The notes beneath the pieces were generated by a model. That model saw only the letters and a program-made list of their open reading frames with translations. It did not search any database and was not told where the DNA came from. DNA of 46,200 nt from Macrostomum lignano (taxonomy: Eukaryota). Shown piece by piece: positions 22,212-35,800 of this stretch (positions are counted from its first letter, which is position 1; each line of letters begins with the position of its first letter). The position numbers and the translations under genes were made by a program. The stretch spans positions 1 through 46,200 of the forward strand of contig NIVC01001885.1 of assembly GCA_002269645.1 (NCBI GenBank). Direction: 5' to 3'.

Positions 22212-23050
22212 CTGATAGACAGATAAGCAACCTCAAAACAGTTTGCCAATAAAAAAGCGTCGTATTTATAAACAAGCCTACAAAAGCATTTAAAACAGTT
22301 TGTTTCCCTATTAAATTACCAAATATTTGCTGCATAACACGAGACTATCCTCAGTGAAATGATCTCGTCGTATTCACAGAGTCAAAAAGTTATTTCTATT
22401 GCGAATTTCGAAGTGTACAGCTATCTTCCTAATAGAGTGAATTTGCAGTAAAACAAATGAATTCTGTTTGAATTGTTTCACCTGTGTGCCATTGCTCTGC
22501 TTGTTTTGCAAATTGTATTCAGCCATTCCGTTTGAATTGAAAAATACGACCGGCTTAGGGGGATCAATAGCTGATAGAGACTGTTCCCAAGCTGATAGCA
22601 AATCCCTATTTAGCGATATTTTCCCAACTAAATTCTTCTAATTGCTAGGCGATTTCCACCCGGAAGAGTGGCAGACTGGAGCAGATGTTCGAGTGGGCCC
22701 CCCTTTCTCTCGGAACCCCCATGCAAAGCATGCCAGGCGCGTGACTTGGCCTTCAATTTTTGCGGCATTTCTTCCCGCCGCATCCCAAACTGGCAGCCAT
22801 CCGCGAACACCTGGCCCGCGATTATATCCGTTCGTGCAGCGGTAATCAGCCACTTTTCTCCTTCTGACAAGCAATTGTTTGCGAGACAAGACAGAGAGGC
22901 ACTTGTGCCGCGAGCCCGTATCGCATTATCGGTTTACAATTGGATCCCTCTCGCTACCTGTACACCGCTGTTAAATTTCTTGGAAATACTGGGTGGTGGC
23001 AATATCACGGAGAGACTTTCTAAGAGAGCGTCTGTGGGTGTCTGTCTATA

Positions 23051-25187
23051 GGTATCTTATCTGTCTAGAGGTATCTTATCTGTCTAGAGGTATCTTATCT
23101 GTCTAGACGTATCTTATCTGTCAAGAGGTATCTTATCTGTCTAGATGTATCTTATCTGTCAAGAGGTATCTTATCTGTCTAGAGGTATCCTATCTGTCTA
23201 GAAGTATCTTATCTGTCTAGAGGTATCTTATCTGTCTAGAGGTATCTTATCTGTCAAGAGGTATCTTATCTGTCAAGAGGTATCTTATCTGTCTAGAGGT
23301 ATCTTATCTGTCAAGAGGTATCATCTTATCTGTCTAGATGTATCTTATCTGTCTAGAGGTATCTTATCTGTCTAGAGGTATCTTATCTGTCTAGAGGTAT
23401 CTTATCTGTCAAGAGGTATCTTATCTGTCTAGATGTATCTTATCTGTCTAGAGGTATCTTATCTGTCTAGAGGTATCTTATCTGTCTAGATGTATCTTAT
23501 CTGTCTAGAGGTATATTATCTATCTAGAGGTATCTTATCTGTCTAGAGGTATCTTATCTGTCTAGAGGTATCTTATCTGTCTAGAGGTATCTTATCTGTC
23601 TAGACGTATCTTATCTGTCTAGACGTATCTTATCTGTCAAGAGGTATCTTATCTGTCTAGAGGTATCTTATCTGTCTAGAGGTATCTTATCTGTCTAGAG
23701 GTATCTTATCTGTCTAGAGGTATCTTATCTGTCAAGAGGTATCTTATCTGTCAAGAGGTATCTTATCTGTCTAGAGGTATCTTATCTGTCAAGAGGTATC
23801 ATCTTATCTGTCAAGAGGTATCATCTTATCTGTCTAGAGGTATCTTATCTGTCTAGAGGTATCTTATCTGTCTAGAGGTATCTTATCTGTCTAGAGGTAT
23901 CTTATCTGTCAAGAGGTATCTTATCTGTCTAGAGGTATCTTATCTGTCTAGAGGTATCTTATCTGTCTAGAGGTATCTTATCTGTCTAGAGGTATCTTAT
24001 CTGTCTAGAGGTATCTTATCTGTCAAGAGGTATCTTATCTGTCAAGAGGTATCTTATCTGTCTAGAGGTATCTTATCTGTCTAGACGTATCTTATCTGTC
24101 TAGACGTATCTTATCTGTCAAGAGGTATCTTATCTGTCTAGAGGTATCTTATCTGTCTAGAGGTATCTTATCTGTCTAGAGGTATCTTATCTGTCTAGAG
24201 GTATCTTATCTGTCTAGAGGTATCTTATCTGTCTAGAGGTATCTTATCTGTCTAGAGGTATCTTATCTGTCTAGAGGTATCTTATCTGTCAAGAGGTATC
24301 TTATCTGTCTAGAGGTATCTTATCTGTCTAGATGTATCTTATCTGTCAAGAGGTATCTTATCTGTCTAGAGGTATCTTATCTGTCTAGAGGTATCTTATC
24401 TGTCTAGAGGTATCTTATCTGTCAAGAGGTATCTTATCTGTCAAGAGGTATCTTATCTGTCTAGAGGTATCTTATCTGTCAAGAGGTATCATCTTATCTG
24501 TCTAGAGGTATCTTATCTGTCTAGAGGTATCTTATCTGTCTAGAGGTATCTTATCTGTCTAGAGGTATCTTATCTGTCAAGAGGTATCTTATCTGTCTAG
24601 ATGTATCTTATCTGTCTAGAGGTATCTTATCTGTCTAGAGGTATCTTATCTGTCTAGATGTATCTTATCTGTCTAGAGGTATATTATCTATCTAGAGGTA
24701 TCTTATCTGTCTAGAGGTATCTTATCTGTCTAGAGGTATCTTATCTGTCTAGACGTATCTTATCTGTCTAGACGTATCTTATCTGTCAAGAGGTATCTTA
24801 TCTGTCTAGAGGTATCTTATCTGTCTAGAGGTATCTTATCTGTCTAGAGGTATCTTATCTGTCTAGAGGTATCTTATCTGTCTAGAGGTATCTTATCTGT
24901 CTAGACGTATCTTATCTGTCTAGAGGTATCTTATCTGTCTAGAGGTATCTTATCTGTCTAGAGGTATCTTATCTGTCTAGAGGTATCTTATCTGTCTAGA
25001 GGTATCTTATCTGTCTAGAGGTATCTTATCTGTCTAGAGGTATCTTATCTGTCTAGAGGTATCTTATCTGTCTAGAGGTATCTTATCTGTCTAGAGGTAT
25101 CTTATCTGTCTAGAGGTATCTTATCTGTCTAGAGGTATCTTATCCTGTATAGAGGTATCTTATCTGTCTAGAGATATCTTATATGTC
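23051..25187 (+). repeat. 19-bp satellite GAGGTATCTTATCTGTCTA (~110 copies)
   Basis: Direct reading of the sequence. Confidence 0.96.
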
Positions 25188-25833
25188 TCATTATTCGATA
25201 TTTCGTCTGCGTTAAATAAATTCATTTCTCTAGCGTGTCAGCTACTGACAGTAGTCTCTGTTAGAGAAATTTTCATGCGTATAATTGATGACGCAAAAGT
25301 CGGGAAAACACAACCAGATTGGGGAAGGTAAAATAGATAAGCGCACCTGATCGCGAATGTCTTATCCCTTAAAAGACTGAACGTTTTTTACTTGCAGGAA
25401 CGAAGCCAATTATAGAAGACTGAGCTGTGGCTTTGCATAAGTAGGTTTAACTCTATGCTTTCAATGCCAGTTGCTACTTGCTGGCAATTTTTTTCGCTAT
25501 CGACTCCCTTATGCACCAGGCTCTGTCTATCATCCAACAGCTCTTTGGATAATTAATCTAATCATTTGATAAAAAACTACATTTCCCTAATCTGCCTTTT
25601 TCATCTATCTTACAATTCCTTAATCTCATTTGGTCTCAACTCCCACATTTGCTCTTTGCATCTTTCTTGATCTGTACCTGACAGTATGATCTATCGGTCC
25701 CTATCTCTTGTATCCCTCGGCTTCTTAAACTGAGGAAGCTGCACGGCTATTCGCCCCCCCTCCCCTCAGCCAGTCTCTGAATCCCGATTGTTGGGGAGTC
25801 GATTAGCTCTGCCGCTCTGCCGGGTGAGAGCGG

Positions 25834-25840
25834 CATAAAA
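25834..25840 (+). promoter_or_regulatory. TATA-like box upstream of the GPCR
   Basis: CATAAAA in GC-rich context about 80 bp upstream of the ATG at 25917. Confidence 0.35.
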
Positions 25841-25916
25841 GCGGCACGGCAGGGGCAGGGCTAAGCAAACCAGCTTACGATAAGAGCAGAGCAAAGAGCA
25901 ACAATTAAGCACTTCA

Positions 25917-28900
25917 ATGCTAGGAAATCATTCAAATCGGTTCGCTGATTCCAGTAGCCATGGCAACGCCACGCTGCTCAGCATGCCAACCTGGACAGTC
26001 GTCGGCGCCGTGAAAGCCACCATCATGCTGGCGCTGTTCCTGACTGCCCTGTTTGGCAATGCCGGGGCCGCTTCCGTGCTGCTGCTCATCCGCCGACGGC
26101 TGAACGGCGGCGGCTGGGACGGCGGCGACAGGGCAGGAGGCGGCTGGACTCTGCTGCTGCACCTTCTGGCCGCCGACACACTGGTTGCCATCTTCTGCAT
26201 GCTCGGCGACGCCATGTGGCAGGCCACGGTGCAGTGGCTGGCCGGCGACGCCATGTGCCGACTGTTCAAATTCTGCCAGTCGGCGGCCCTCGCCGCGTCC
26301 ACCTACGTCACCGTAGCGGTGGGCATCGACCGGGCCATAGGCGTCGTTGACGCCGAAACCTCGGATAGTCCGCAGCGCCGCCGGTGCAGACGGAGACTCC
26401 TGACTGCCGCCTGGGGCCTCGCATTACTGGTCAGCTGCCCGCAGGTTCGTGCACCGGGAGACTGGAACTCGGGAAGCCTGTTCGATAATGATGGAGTGCT
26501 GAGGAGACTGGGAGTTGGATAGCCTGTTCGATAATGATGGAGTGCTAAGGAGACTGGGACTTGGATAGCCTGTTCGATAATGATGGAATGCTGAGGAGAC
26601 TGGGACTTGGATAGCCTGTTCGATAATGATGGAGTGCTGAGGAGACTGGGAGTTGGATAGCCTGTTCGATAATGATGGAGTGCTGAGGAGACTGGGACTT
26701 GGATAGCCTGTTCGATAATGATGGAGTGCTGAGGAGACTGGGAGTTGGATAGCCTGTTCGATAATGATGGAGTGCTGAGGAGACTGGGACTTGGATAGCC
26801 TGTTCGATAATGATGGAGTGCTGAGAAGACTGGGAGTTGGATAGCCTGTTCGATAATGATGGAGTGCTGAGGAGACTGGGACTTGGATAGCCTGTTCGAT
26901 AATGATGGAGTGCTGAGGAGACTGGGACTTGGATAGCCTGTTCGATAATGATGGAGTGCTGAGGAGACTGGGAGTTGGATAGCCTGTTCGATAATGATGG
27001 AGTGCTGAGGAGACTGGGACTTGGATAGCCTGTTCGATAATGATGGAGTGCTGAGGAGACTGGGAGTTGGATAGCCTGTTCGATAATGATGGAGTGCTGA
27101 GGAGACTGGGACTTGGATAGCCTGTTCGATGATGATGGAGTGCTGAGGAGGCTGGATGATTAATTTTATCTTTTCGTCAATGATACATTTACTTGTCAGG
27201 GATGAGTACTCGTATCTCAGGAGAAAACAAAAATCCCCATTATGATTCTCCCAAATCTAGCTGCTACAATTTCGCGTCGCCCGCGGGCCCTGGGAGCTGC
27301 CGTTCTACCAGTGCGTCTCACTGCATGTCGACCCGCCAGCCGAGCTCGCTGGCAGCATTGACCGAATCCTGATGGCCGTGATGATCTTCAACCTGACCCT
27401 CATGTTCCTCCTGCCTGTGACGGTCCTCTCGTTCGCCTACGGCCGCCTCGTGCGCGCCATCGACGAGGGGCGTCGCGTGATCGGTAAATTGAATCACCAA
27501 TTCAGTCACCAATTCAGCCACCAATTCAGTCACCAATTCAGTCACCTATTCATTCACCAATTCAGTCACCAATTCAGCCACCAATTCAGTCACCAATTCA
27601 GTCACCAATTCAGTCACCAATTCAGTAAATAATTCAGTCACAAATTCAAACACCTATTCAGTAAATAATTCAGTCACAAATTCAGCCACCAGTTCAGTCA
27701 CCAATTCAGTCACCAATTCAGTCACCAGTTCAGTCACCAATTCAGTCACCAATTCAGTCACCAATTCAGCCACCAATTCAGCCACCAATTCAGTCACCAA
27801 TTCAGTCACCAATTCAGTCACCAATTCAGTCACCAGCTCAGTCACCAATTCAGCCACCAATTCAGTCACCAATTCAGTAAATAATTCAGTCACAAATTCA
27901 AACACCTATTCAGTAAATAATTCAGTCACCAATTCAGCCACCAATTCAGCCACCAATTCAGTCACCAATTCAGTCACCAATTCAGTCACCAGCTCAGTCA
28001 CCAATTCAGTCACCAATTCAGTAAATAATTCAGTCACTAATTCAATCACCAGTTCAGTCACCAATTCAGCCACCAATTCAGTCACCAATTCAGCCACCAA
28101 TTCAGTCACCAATTCAGTCACCAATTCAGTCATCAATTCAGCCACCAATTCAGTCACAAATTCAGTCACCAATTCAGTCACCAGTTCAATCACCAGTTCA
28201 GTCACCAATTCAGTCACCAATTCAGTCACCAATTCAGTCACCAATTCAGTCACCAGTTCAGCCACCAATTCAGTCACCAATTCAGTAAATAATTCAGTCA
28301 CTAATTCAATCACCATTCAGTCACCAATTCAGTCACCAATTCAGTCACCAATTCAGCCACCAATTCAGTCACCAATTCAGTCACCAATTCAGTCACAATT
28401 CAGTAAATTTCAGTCACAATTCAGTCACCAATTCAGTCACCAGTTCAGCACCAATTCAGTCACAATTCAGTCACCAATTCAGTCACCAATTCAGTCACCA
28501 ATTCAGTCACCAGTTCAGCCACCAATTCAGTCACCAATTCAGTCACCAATTCAGTCACCAATTCAGTAAATAATTCAGTCACCAATTCAGTCACCAATTC
28601 AGTCACCAATTCAGCCACCAATTCAGTCACCAATTCAGTCACCAATTCAGTCACCAATTCAGCCACCAATTCAGTCACCAATTCAGTCACCAATTCAGTC
28701 ACCAATTCAGCCACCAATTCAGTCACCAATTCAGTCACCAATTCAGTCACCAGTTCAATCACCAGTTCAGTCACCAATTCAGTCACAAATTCAGTCACCA
28801 ATTCAGTAAATAATTCAGTCACTAATTCAATCACCCATTCAGTCACCAATTCAGTCACCAGTTCAGTCACCAATTCAGTCACCAATTCAGTCACCAATTC

Positions 28901-31181
28901 AGTCACCAATTCAGTCACCAATTCAGTCACCAATTCAGTCACCAATTCAGTAAATAATTCAGTCACCAATTCAGTCACCAGTTCAGCCACCAATTCAGCC
29001 ACCAATTCAGCCACAAATTCAGCCACCAATTCAGTCACCAATTCAGTCACCAATTCAGTCACCAGTTCAACCACCAATTCAGTCACCAATTCAGTCACCA
29101 ATTCAGTCACCAATTCAGTAAATAATTCAGTCACCAATTCAGTCACCAATTCAGTCACCAGTTCAGCCACCAATTCAGTCACCAATTCAGTCACCAGTTC
29201 AGTCACCAATTCAGCCACCAATTCAGTCACCAATTCAGTCACCAATTCAGTCACCAATTCAGCCACCAATTCAGTCACCAATTCAGTCACCAATTCAGTC
29301 ACCAATTCAGTCACCAATTCAGTCACCAATTCAGTCACCAATTCAGTAAATAATTCAGTCACAAATTCAATCACCTATTGAGTCACCAATTCAGTCACCA
29401 GTTCAGCCACCAATTCAGCCACCAATTCAGTCACCAATTCAGTCACCAATTCAGCCACCAATTCAGCCACAAATTCAGCCACCAATTCAGTCACCAATTC
29501 AGTCACCAATTCAGTCACCAATTCAGTCACCAATTCAGTCACCAATTCAGTCACCAATTCAGTCACCAATTCAGTCACCAGTTCAGTCACCAATTCAGTC
29601 ACCAATTCAGTCACCTATTCAGTCACCAATTCAGTAAATAATTCAGTCACCAATTCAGTCACCAATTCAGCCACCAATTCAGTCACCTATTCAGTCACCA
29701 ATTCAGTCACAATTCAGTCATCAGTTCAGTCACCAGTTCAGTCACCAATTCAGTCACCAATTCAGTCACCAATTCAGTCACCAATTCAGTCACCAGTTCA
29801 GTCACCAATTCAGTCACCAATTCAGTCACCTATTCAGCCACCAATTCAGCCACCAATTCAGTCACCAGTTCAGTCACCAATTCAGTCACCAATTCAGTCA
29901 CCTATTCAGTCACCAATTCAGTAAATAATTCAGTCACCAATTCAGTCACCAATTGAGTCACCAAATCAGTAAATAATTCAGTCACTAATTCAATCACCAG
30001 CTTAGTCACCAATTCAGCCTCCAGTTTAGTCACCCATTCAGTCACCAAATCAGTCACCTGAATGTTTATCAATGTTTCCATCGCGGACGGCAAATCCAAC
30101 GAAAACTCGTGTTATGGTTGATTAAATTGAATAAATTGATTAAACTGATCCAATTAAGTTGATTCGTTATCATTTTTTAATCACGCATGCATGAAGCGAC
30201 AAATTTACTCTAATTAGACAAATTAAAGCTGAAGGATCTGTATTGCCTTAAAAGGTAGTGCCTTCCTTAAACAGTATTGAAAACATTGGGTAAAAGAGTT
30301 ATACAGCTGTATCTTGTTCCAGACCGTCCGCCCCATCACACTTCCCCATCCGCCCACTCCCCCCTCTATCTGCTCCCTGTATTTATCTTCTTCCTATACT
30401 CTTCTGCCTCCATTTAACGGTGTGCATGCTCGTCTCCAACGCCCCACTTTGTACTTCACCGTCCGCCATCATCATCCCTACAACCGCCCCTTCACTAACA
30501 CTCTCTCCGCTCCCTCTCTCCGCTCCCTCTCTCCGCTCCCTCTATCCGCCCCTCTCTCCCGCCCCCTCTACCTGGCTCCGCCCCTATCCGCCCCCTTTAT
30601 CCGCCCCCGCCCCCGCCCCTATCCGCCCACTTTATCCGCCCCCTCTCTCCACCCTCTCTATCCGCCCCCGCTCCTATCCGCCCCCTTTATCCGCTCCGGC
30701 TCCTATCCGCCCCCTTTATCCGCCCCGCCCCTATCCGCCCTCTGCTTTATTCGCAGCCGAGCGGCAAGCTTTGGACAGCGATCGCGAAAGCGGCAGCGTC
30801 GGCGGACTGATGAGGCGTGCCAGAGTGCGGAGCCTGCGGATGTTCGCCGCGATCATCTTGACCTTCATTGTCCTGTGGACACCCTACTGGCTGATCTACC
30901 TCGCCACCTGCGTGAGCAACCTGGTCACCGGTGTTCTAGATCAGACTTCGGACCAGAATTATCACTCCAGACTCGAACTGGCTAGCGATTTAATCTTCTG
31001 CTTCGGCATGAGCGTTAGCTCTGTGAATCCCTTTATCTATGCCTTCTGGGGTGGAGGCAGAGGCGGCGGCGGAGGTGGCGGCGGAGGCGGCGTCGGAGGT
31101 GGCGGCGGAGGCGGCAGCGGAGGCGACGGCGGAGGCCGGAATCATCAGCAAATTCCGCAAATTCCAATGCTAATCATCTAA
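25917..31181 (+). CDS. Rhodopsin-class peptide GPCR of the GnRH/corazonin/AKH receptor family; exons 25917-26444, 27261-27483, 30757-31181 (391 aa)
   Basis: TM1 GN, TM2 HLLAAD, ECL1 WQATVQWLAGDAMCR, DR(A), TM4 W..S.PQ, ECL2 FRVARGPWELPFYQCV, TM5 FLLP, ARVRSLRM, TM6 WTPY, TM7 NPFIY. GT/AG introns have matching phases 0 and 1, and there are no frameshifts. Confidence 0.92.
26476..27150. repeat. 46-bp minisatellite in GPCR intron 1 (~15 copies)
   Basis: Unit GGATAGCCTGTTCGATAATGATGGAGTGCTGAGGAGACTGGGACTT. Confidence 0.95.
27495..30058. repeat. 12-bp satellite CACCAATTCAGT in GPCR intron 2 (~210 copies)
   Basis: Direct reading. The ELVT/HQFS ORFs are artefacts. Confidence 0.96.
30500..30740. 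repeat. C-rich CTATCCGCCC low-complexity repeat before GPCR exon 3
   Basis: Repeated CTATCCGCCC/CTCTCCGC motifs. Confidence 0.8.
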
Positions 31182-31729
31182 ATCTTCATGTTGGATATTT
31201 CTTTATTAACTTACCAAACTCGAGTCAAGAATTCGTAGAAATTACAACTTCCTGAAAGTTAAGCAAAGAAAACTTTTTAACTAATGTCTGGGCGGGATGG
31301 TTTTGAAAGTGAGAAAAGTTTTGTAAAATATTTTCAGGTCTTGACTCGAGGTGCAAATTGTTTGTTTGTCAATTCCCGCTGTATTTCAATAATTTGTACT
31401 GTGAGGCAACCGCTTCATCCTAATCACATAATTACGTAATTAGCCAGTTTTTCTCCTCTAATAAACATCTCTATGAGAGATGGATTTTATGGGTTCTGAT
31501 TGGCATTGTAGTTGCTGTTGCTGTTCGGTGTTGCTAACGCTGCAAGTTAAGCACAGTTGAACACGGTTAGCTATGGGCCATTCCAGCTGCTTCATCTGGC
31601 ATGTATTTCTGTGTTTCTAAATCAAATGTTGCTGCTTTTTTCTTTTCTACTGTTTGATTTTTGGGAAGTATCGTCGTAAAAAGTCTGTGAAAATCTTGAA
31701 AGCCTATGATCTACCTGACAATGTTATAA

Positions 31730-31965
31730 ATAGGATTTGGAAACTGTTTGATAAGATTGTAAAACTGTTTATAGGATTGTAAAACTGTTTATAGGATTGT
31801 GAAACTGTTTATAGGATTGTGAAACTGTTTATAGGATTTGGAAACTGTTTGATAAGATTGTGAAACTGTTTATAGGATTGTAAAACTGTTTATAGGATTG
31901 TGAAACTGTTTATAGGATTGTGAAACTGTTTATAGAACTGTAAAACTGTTTATAAAACTGTGAAA
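31730..31965. repeat. 20-bp tandem repeat TGTGAAACTGTTTATAGGAT
   Basis: About 11 copies. Confidence 0.9.
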
Positions 31966-32514
31966 CTTTTAATTGTTACACAGTTCCCCTGTGAAACTAT
32001 GTATAGAACTATAGAACTGTGAATCTGTTTATAGGGCTAAGAAACTGTTTATCGGACTGAAAAACTGTTTAAATGAGCTAGAAACTACACACATTTATGT
32101 CCAAGATTTGCTACTAAAAGTAGCGCTAGAAAAAGCTTCAACAATTATTCTTGAACAGCCACAATTTTTATGATGGTAAGTTTTCAGTCAGCCTGTTGAG
32201 AAGTGAATTGCCTGTTGAGAAACATTGAAATAGACTAAAATACCTCAGCGCCCTAAGGACAGTCGGTATTTAATTAGAGCGTTAAAATCTTAAAGCTTTG
32301 ATCAGCTGTAAAACGCAATCAAGTACGACATTCTGCAGTGCTTGCCATCCAAAAAGTGTAAGCTCACGCGACTCTTGTATATTTAGCTGGCGCGAATGAA
32401 ATTTTTTCACATTTTCACCTGAAAGAGCGTTAATTAGGGGTGAACAATCTATTAATTCCCAAGGTTTGGGATTAAAAGGCTCGGTGACAATTGGTCACTC
32501 TTTCTTGGCTAACT

Positions 32515-32768
32515 AAGGAATTGCCCTTGTGAATCATATGATATCTGACAGAGGAATTCCCCTTGTGAATCATATGATATCTGACAGAGGAATTTCCCTT
32601 GTGAATCATATGATATCTGACAGAGGAATTTCCCTTGTGAATCATATGATATCTGCCTGAGGAATTCCCCTTCTGAATCATATGATATCTGACAGAGGAA
32701 TTCCCCTGTGCATCATATGAGAGGAATTCCCCTGTTGCATCATATGATATCTGCCTGAGAAATTCCCC
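32515..32768. repeat. 36-bp tandem repeat GAGGAATTCCCCTTGTGAATCATATGATATCTGACA
   Basis: About 7 copies. Confidence 0.9.
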
Positions 32769-32848
32769 CATAGTGATGAGCAATCGGTAAGACCTCAATT
32801 TTATAAACTGTCACCGCGCACAAACGTGAATTCAATCCTACTAAATTT

Positions 32849-35800
32849 CTACACAAATGCTTTCGCTTCGCTTCCGCCTGCGACTCCAGCAGCTGTCGAT
32901 GCCGCAACGCTCGCACCGGAAGCTGTGGCGGCACTTCCGGCCAGTTCGCCGGCTGTGAGCAGGCTGACTGAGAACTTCTTGCCGCTGTTGGCGTTGCCGC
33001 CTCCGCCGCCGCCGCCGGTAGAAGCTGCTGCTCCAGCTATGCCGGATTCGGCGACGTCTTTGAAGTCGGACCGGATGATGTAGAGCAGGAAGCCGAGAAA
33101 CTGGAACACATCGGCCACCACAGCTAGCCAATAGGACCAGCGCAGCTCGTTTCTGTGCAAAGCGTTCTGCTCGCCATGCTTGATAAAATCGCCCCACACA
33201 GCCACGGCTACCAGTAGGCAGAGAACTGCAAGTTTATAATGCAATAATTGCAAGTAATATTTGTATGATGCAATAATCGTGCGTCCCATTCGAAGCTCGG
33301 AGAAGCTCATCACAGCAGGACACTAACCGAGACCAACTCTGCTTAATTTGCACAAGTGGCTGCGAGTTTGCTAAGATCTATCGACCCCTTGCCTAATATA
33401 GTTAACTCAATCCCTTCCAGCCAATAAGAATGGAGCAAAGGATTGGGGAAGCGGGATAGGCGTGAGGTGGGTAACAGTCGCAGCCAATCAAAACTCGTCA
33501 CTGCTAAATCGATACTCACGAAGCATTCGTGATGTACACACTTACAGGAAGCAAGCAGACTGCTGACAAATAGCAATCTCAGAGTCTTGCTGTGCATCGA
33601 GGCCTCGAATTTCATGCGAACAATGCCGATCGCTAGGGAGGCTACGGACGCCACCAGGCCTAGAATGAATGCCGCCCTGGTCTTAATGAAGTCCGCTGCA
33701 ATAGAGACAAGTTTTACACAGATTAGATCTGCTTAACAACAGCTGGCACCCCCCTGAACCCACAGCAATGCCATTCTATTTGATTCGAGACCATTTTATT
33801 TGATTAAGTGCCATTTTATTTGATTGGATGCCATTTTATTTGATTAGACGCCATTTTATTTGATTAGACGCCATTTTATTTGATTAGACGCCATATTATT
33901 TGATTAGACGTCCATTTTATTTGATTAGACGCCATTTTATTTGATTAGACGCCATTTTATTTGATTAGACGCCATTTTATTTGATTAAGTGCCATTTTAT
34001 TTGATTAGACGCCATATTATTTGATTAGACGCCATATTATTTGATTAGACGTCCATTTTGTTTGATTAGACTCCATTTTATTCTATTGGAGGCCATTTTA
34101 TTTTATTGAAGGCTATTTTATTTGACTAGACGCCATATTTTTTATTAGACGCCATTTTATTTTTTGGAGGCCATTTTATTTGAATCAACGCCATATTTTT
34201 TATTAGACGCCATTTTATTTGATTAGACGCCATTTTATTTTATTGGAGGCCATTTTATTTGTTTAGACGCCATTTTATTTTATTGGAGGCCATTTTATTT
34301 CACTAGACGCCATATTATTTGAATAGACGCCATTTTATTAGACTAGACGCCATATTATTTGACTAGACGCCATATTATTTGATTAGATGCCATTTTATTT
34401 GATTAGATGCCATTTTATTTGATTAGATGCCATTTTATTTTATTGGAGGCCATTTTATTTGATAAGGAGGACATCAAGACACCAAAATGTTGGGCGATCA
34501 AGATCAAGATTTGTACGCGAGTTAATGTGTAGCTTAGTGGGTAATTTTCACGCATACGAGGTATGGATTAACTCTGACAGTTCTCAGTTTCTCGGATAAC
34601 TATTCTATCTTCAGAAGACGAAAGACTGTTACTGAGGATACTAAAAGTACTGAAAATGGTAATGGGAGCAGTAATCCTTCAATTGGAATGGGACAAGCTC
34701 ATACTTCGTATAAGGCTCGTATAAGAAGCAAAGTGCTTCCGACTTGTGGTTCCGCTCTCCAATCTTTCTCTTTGCTATGCAAATGCGATTAGTTGTCAAT
34801 TATTTCTGCTTTCTCTTGCCTTATTTTTCCCTCGAAGTCTGACCATCACACAGTAAGTACAAAGTCAGAACTAAGCTGACCGATTTATATTTGTCTTGCG
34901 GGACTATTGCAGTTACGGATGCTTACTAAAGTGCAGACCCGATGGAAGGGCGAATAGCGACTGCCGCAGGCTTGTTCGAAGTTGGCAGTTCCTACTGGAG
35001 CCGTTCGCCCCAGTTACTTTTGCCCGCAGCAGCAGCAGACGCTGCACATAGTCAGCCAGAGCTTTCAGTCCATGCGCACCACTTGCCGCATCGGGCCGCG
35101 AAATCTGCCGGCTGAATCGCGTGCGGTTGGATTGGCGGAGTGCTTTTGTTCCCATGGCTCTTTAGTTAGAATGCTTGAAAGATAGCGATCACCCACGGAG
35201 TTAGGGTAAGAGTTAGGGTAAGAGTCAAGGTAATACAAACTGCTGACAGAGCGGAAGCCTTGTCACCTGTCCGTCAGTGCCTCGGCAGAAAATTTCAGCC
35301 TCGATGTCATCCGGCACGCAGAGCACGACGTGTCCTCGACGGTCGAGGACAGCAGGGCGAGATCGTCGGCGTAGCCAAGCACGCTGAGCCGCCTCTCCGG
35401 TCGACCCACGCGTCGCTGCAACAGGAAGCCGTCTGCCTACCTCGAAGTTTGTCTACCTTGGCGGTCTGGTGCCTGACGTGTGTGACATTTGTCCCACGCT
35501 TGACTGGCTGACAATGTATTTTCTTGTTGTTTTTGGAAGGTAAGGATTAGGGTAAGGATTAGGGTAAGGATTAGGGTAAGGATTAGGGTAAGGATTAGGG
35601 TAAGGATTAGGGTAAGGATTGGGGTAAGGATTAGGGTAAGGATTAGGGTAAGGATTAGAGTAAGAGTTAGGGTTGGGGAAAAATTCAGCATTTTCATCCA
35701 CTGCGCAAGTGTCACTTCAGAATAAATTAACCAGGATTTCTGTTCTCCACCAAGTAAAGAGAAAGTATATCCAGACACTCATCTGCCACACACAGCTGCC

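Noticed and set aside
27654-29641. ELVT/HQFS repeat ORFs
   Set aside because: 12-bp satellite inside GPCR intron 2; the frame stays open only because the period is a multiple of 3.
34913-35155. 80-aa minus-strand ORF as a claudin exon
   Set aside because: No claudin motif; the 35819-35732 exon supplies the expected W-GLW-C-C pattern in phase.
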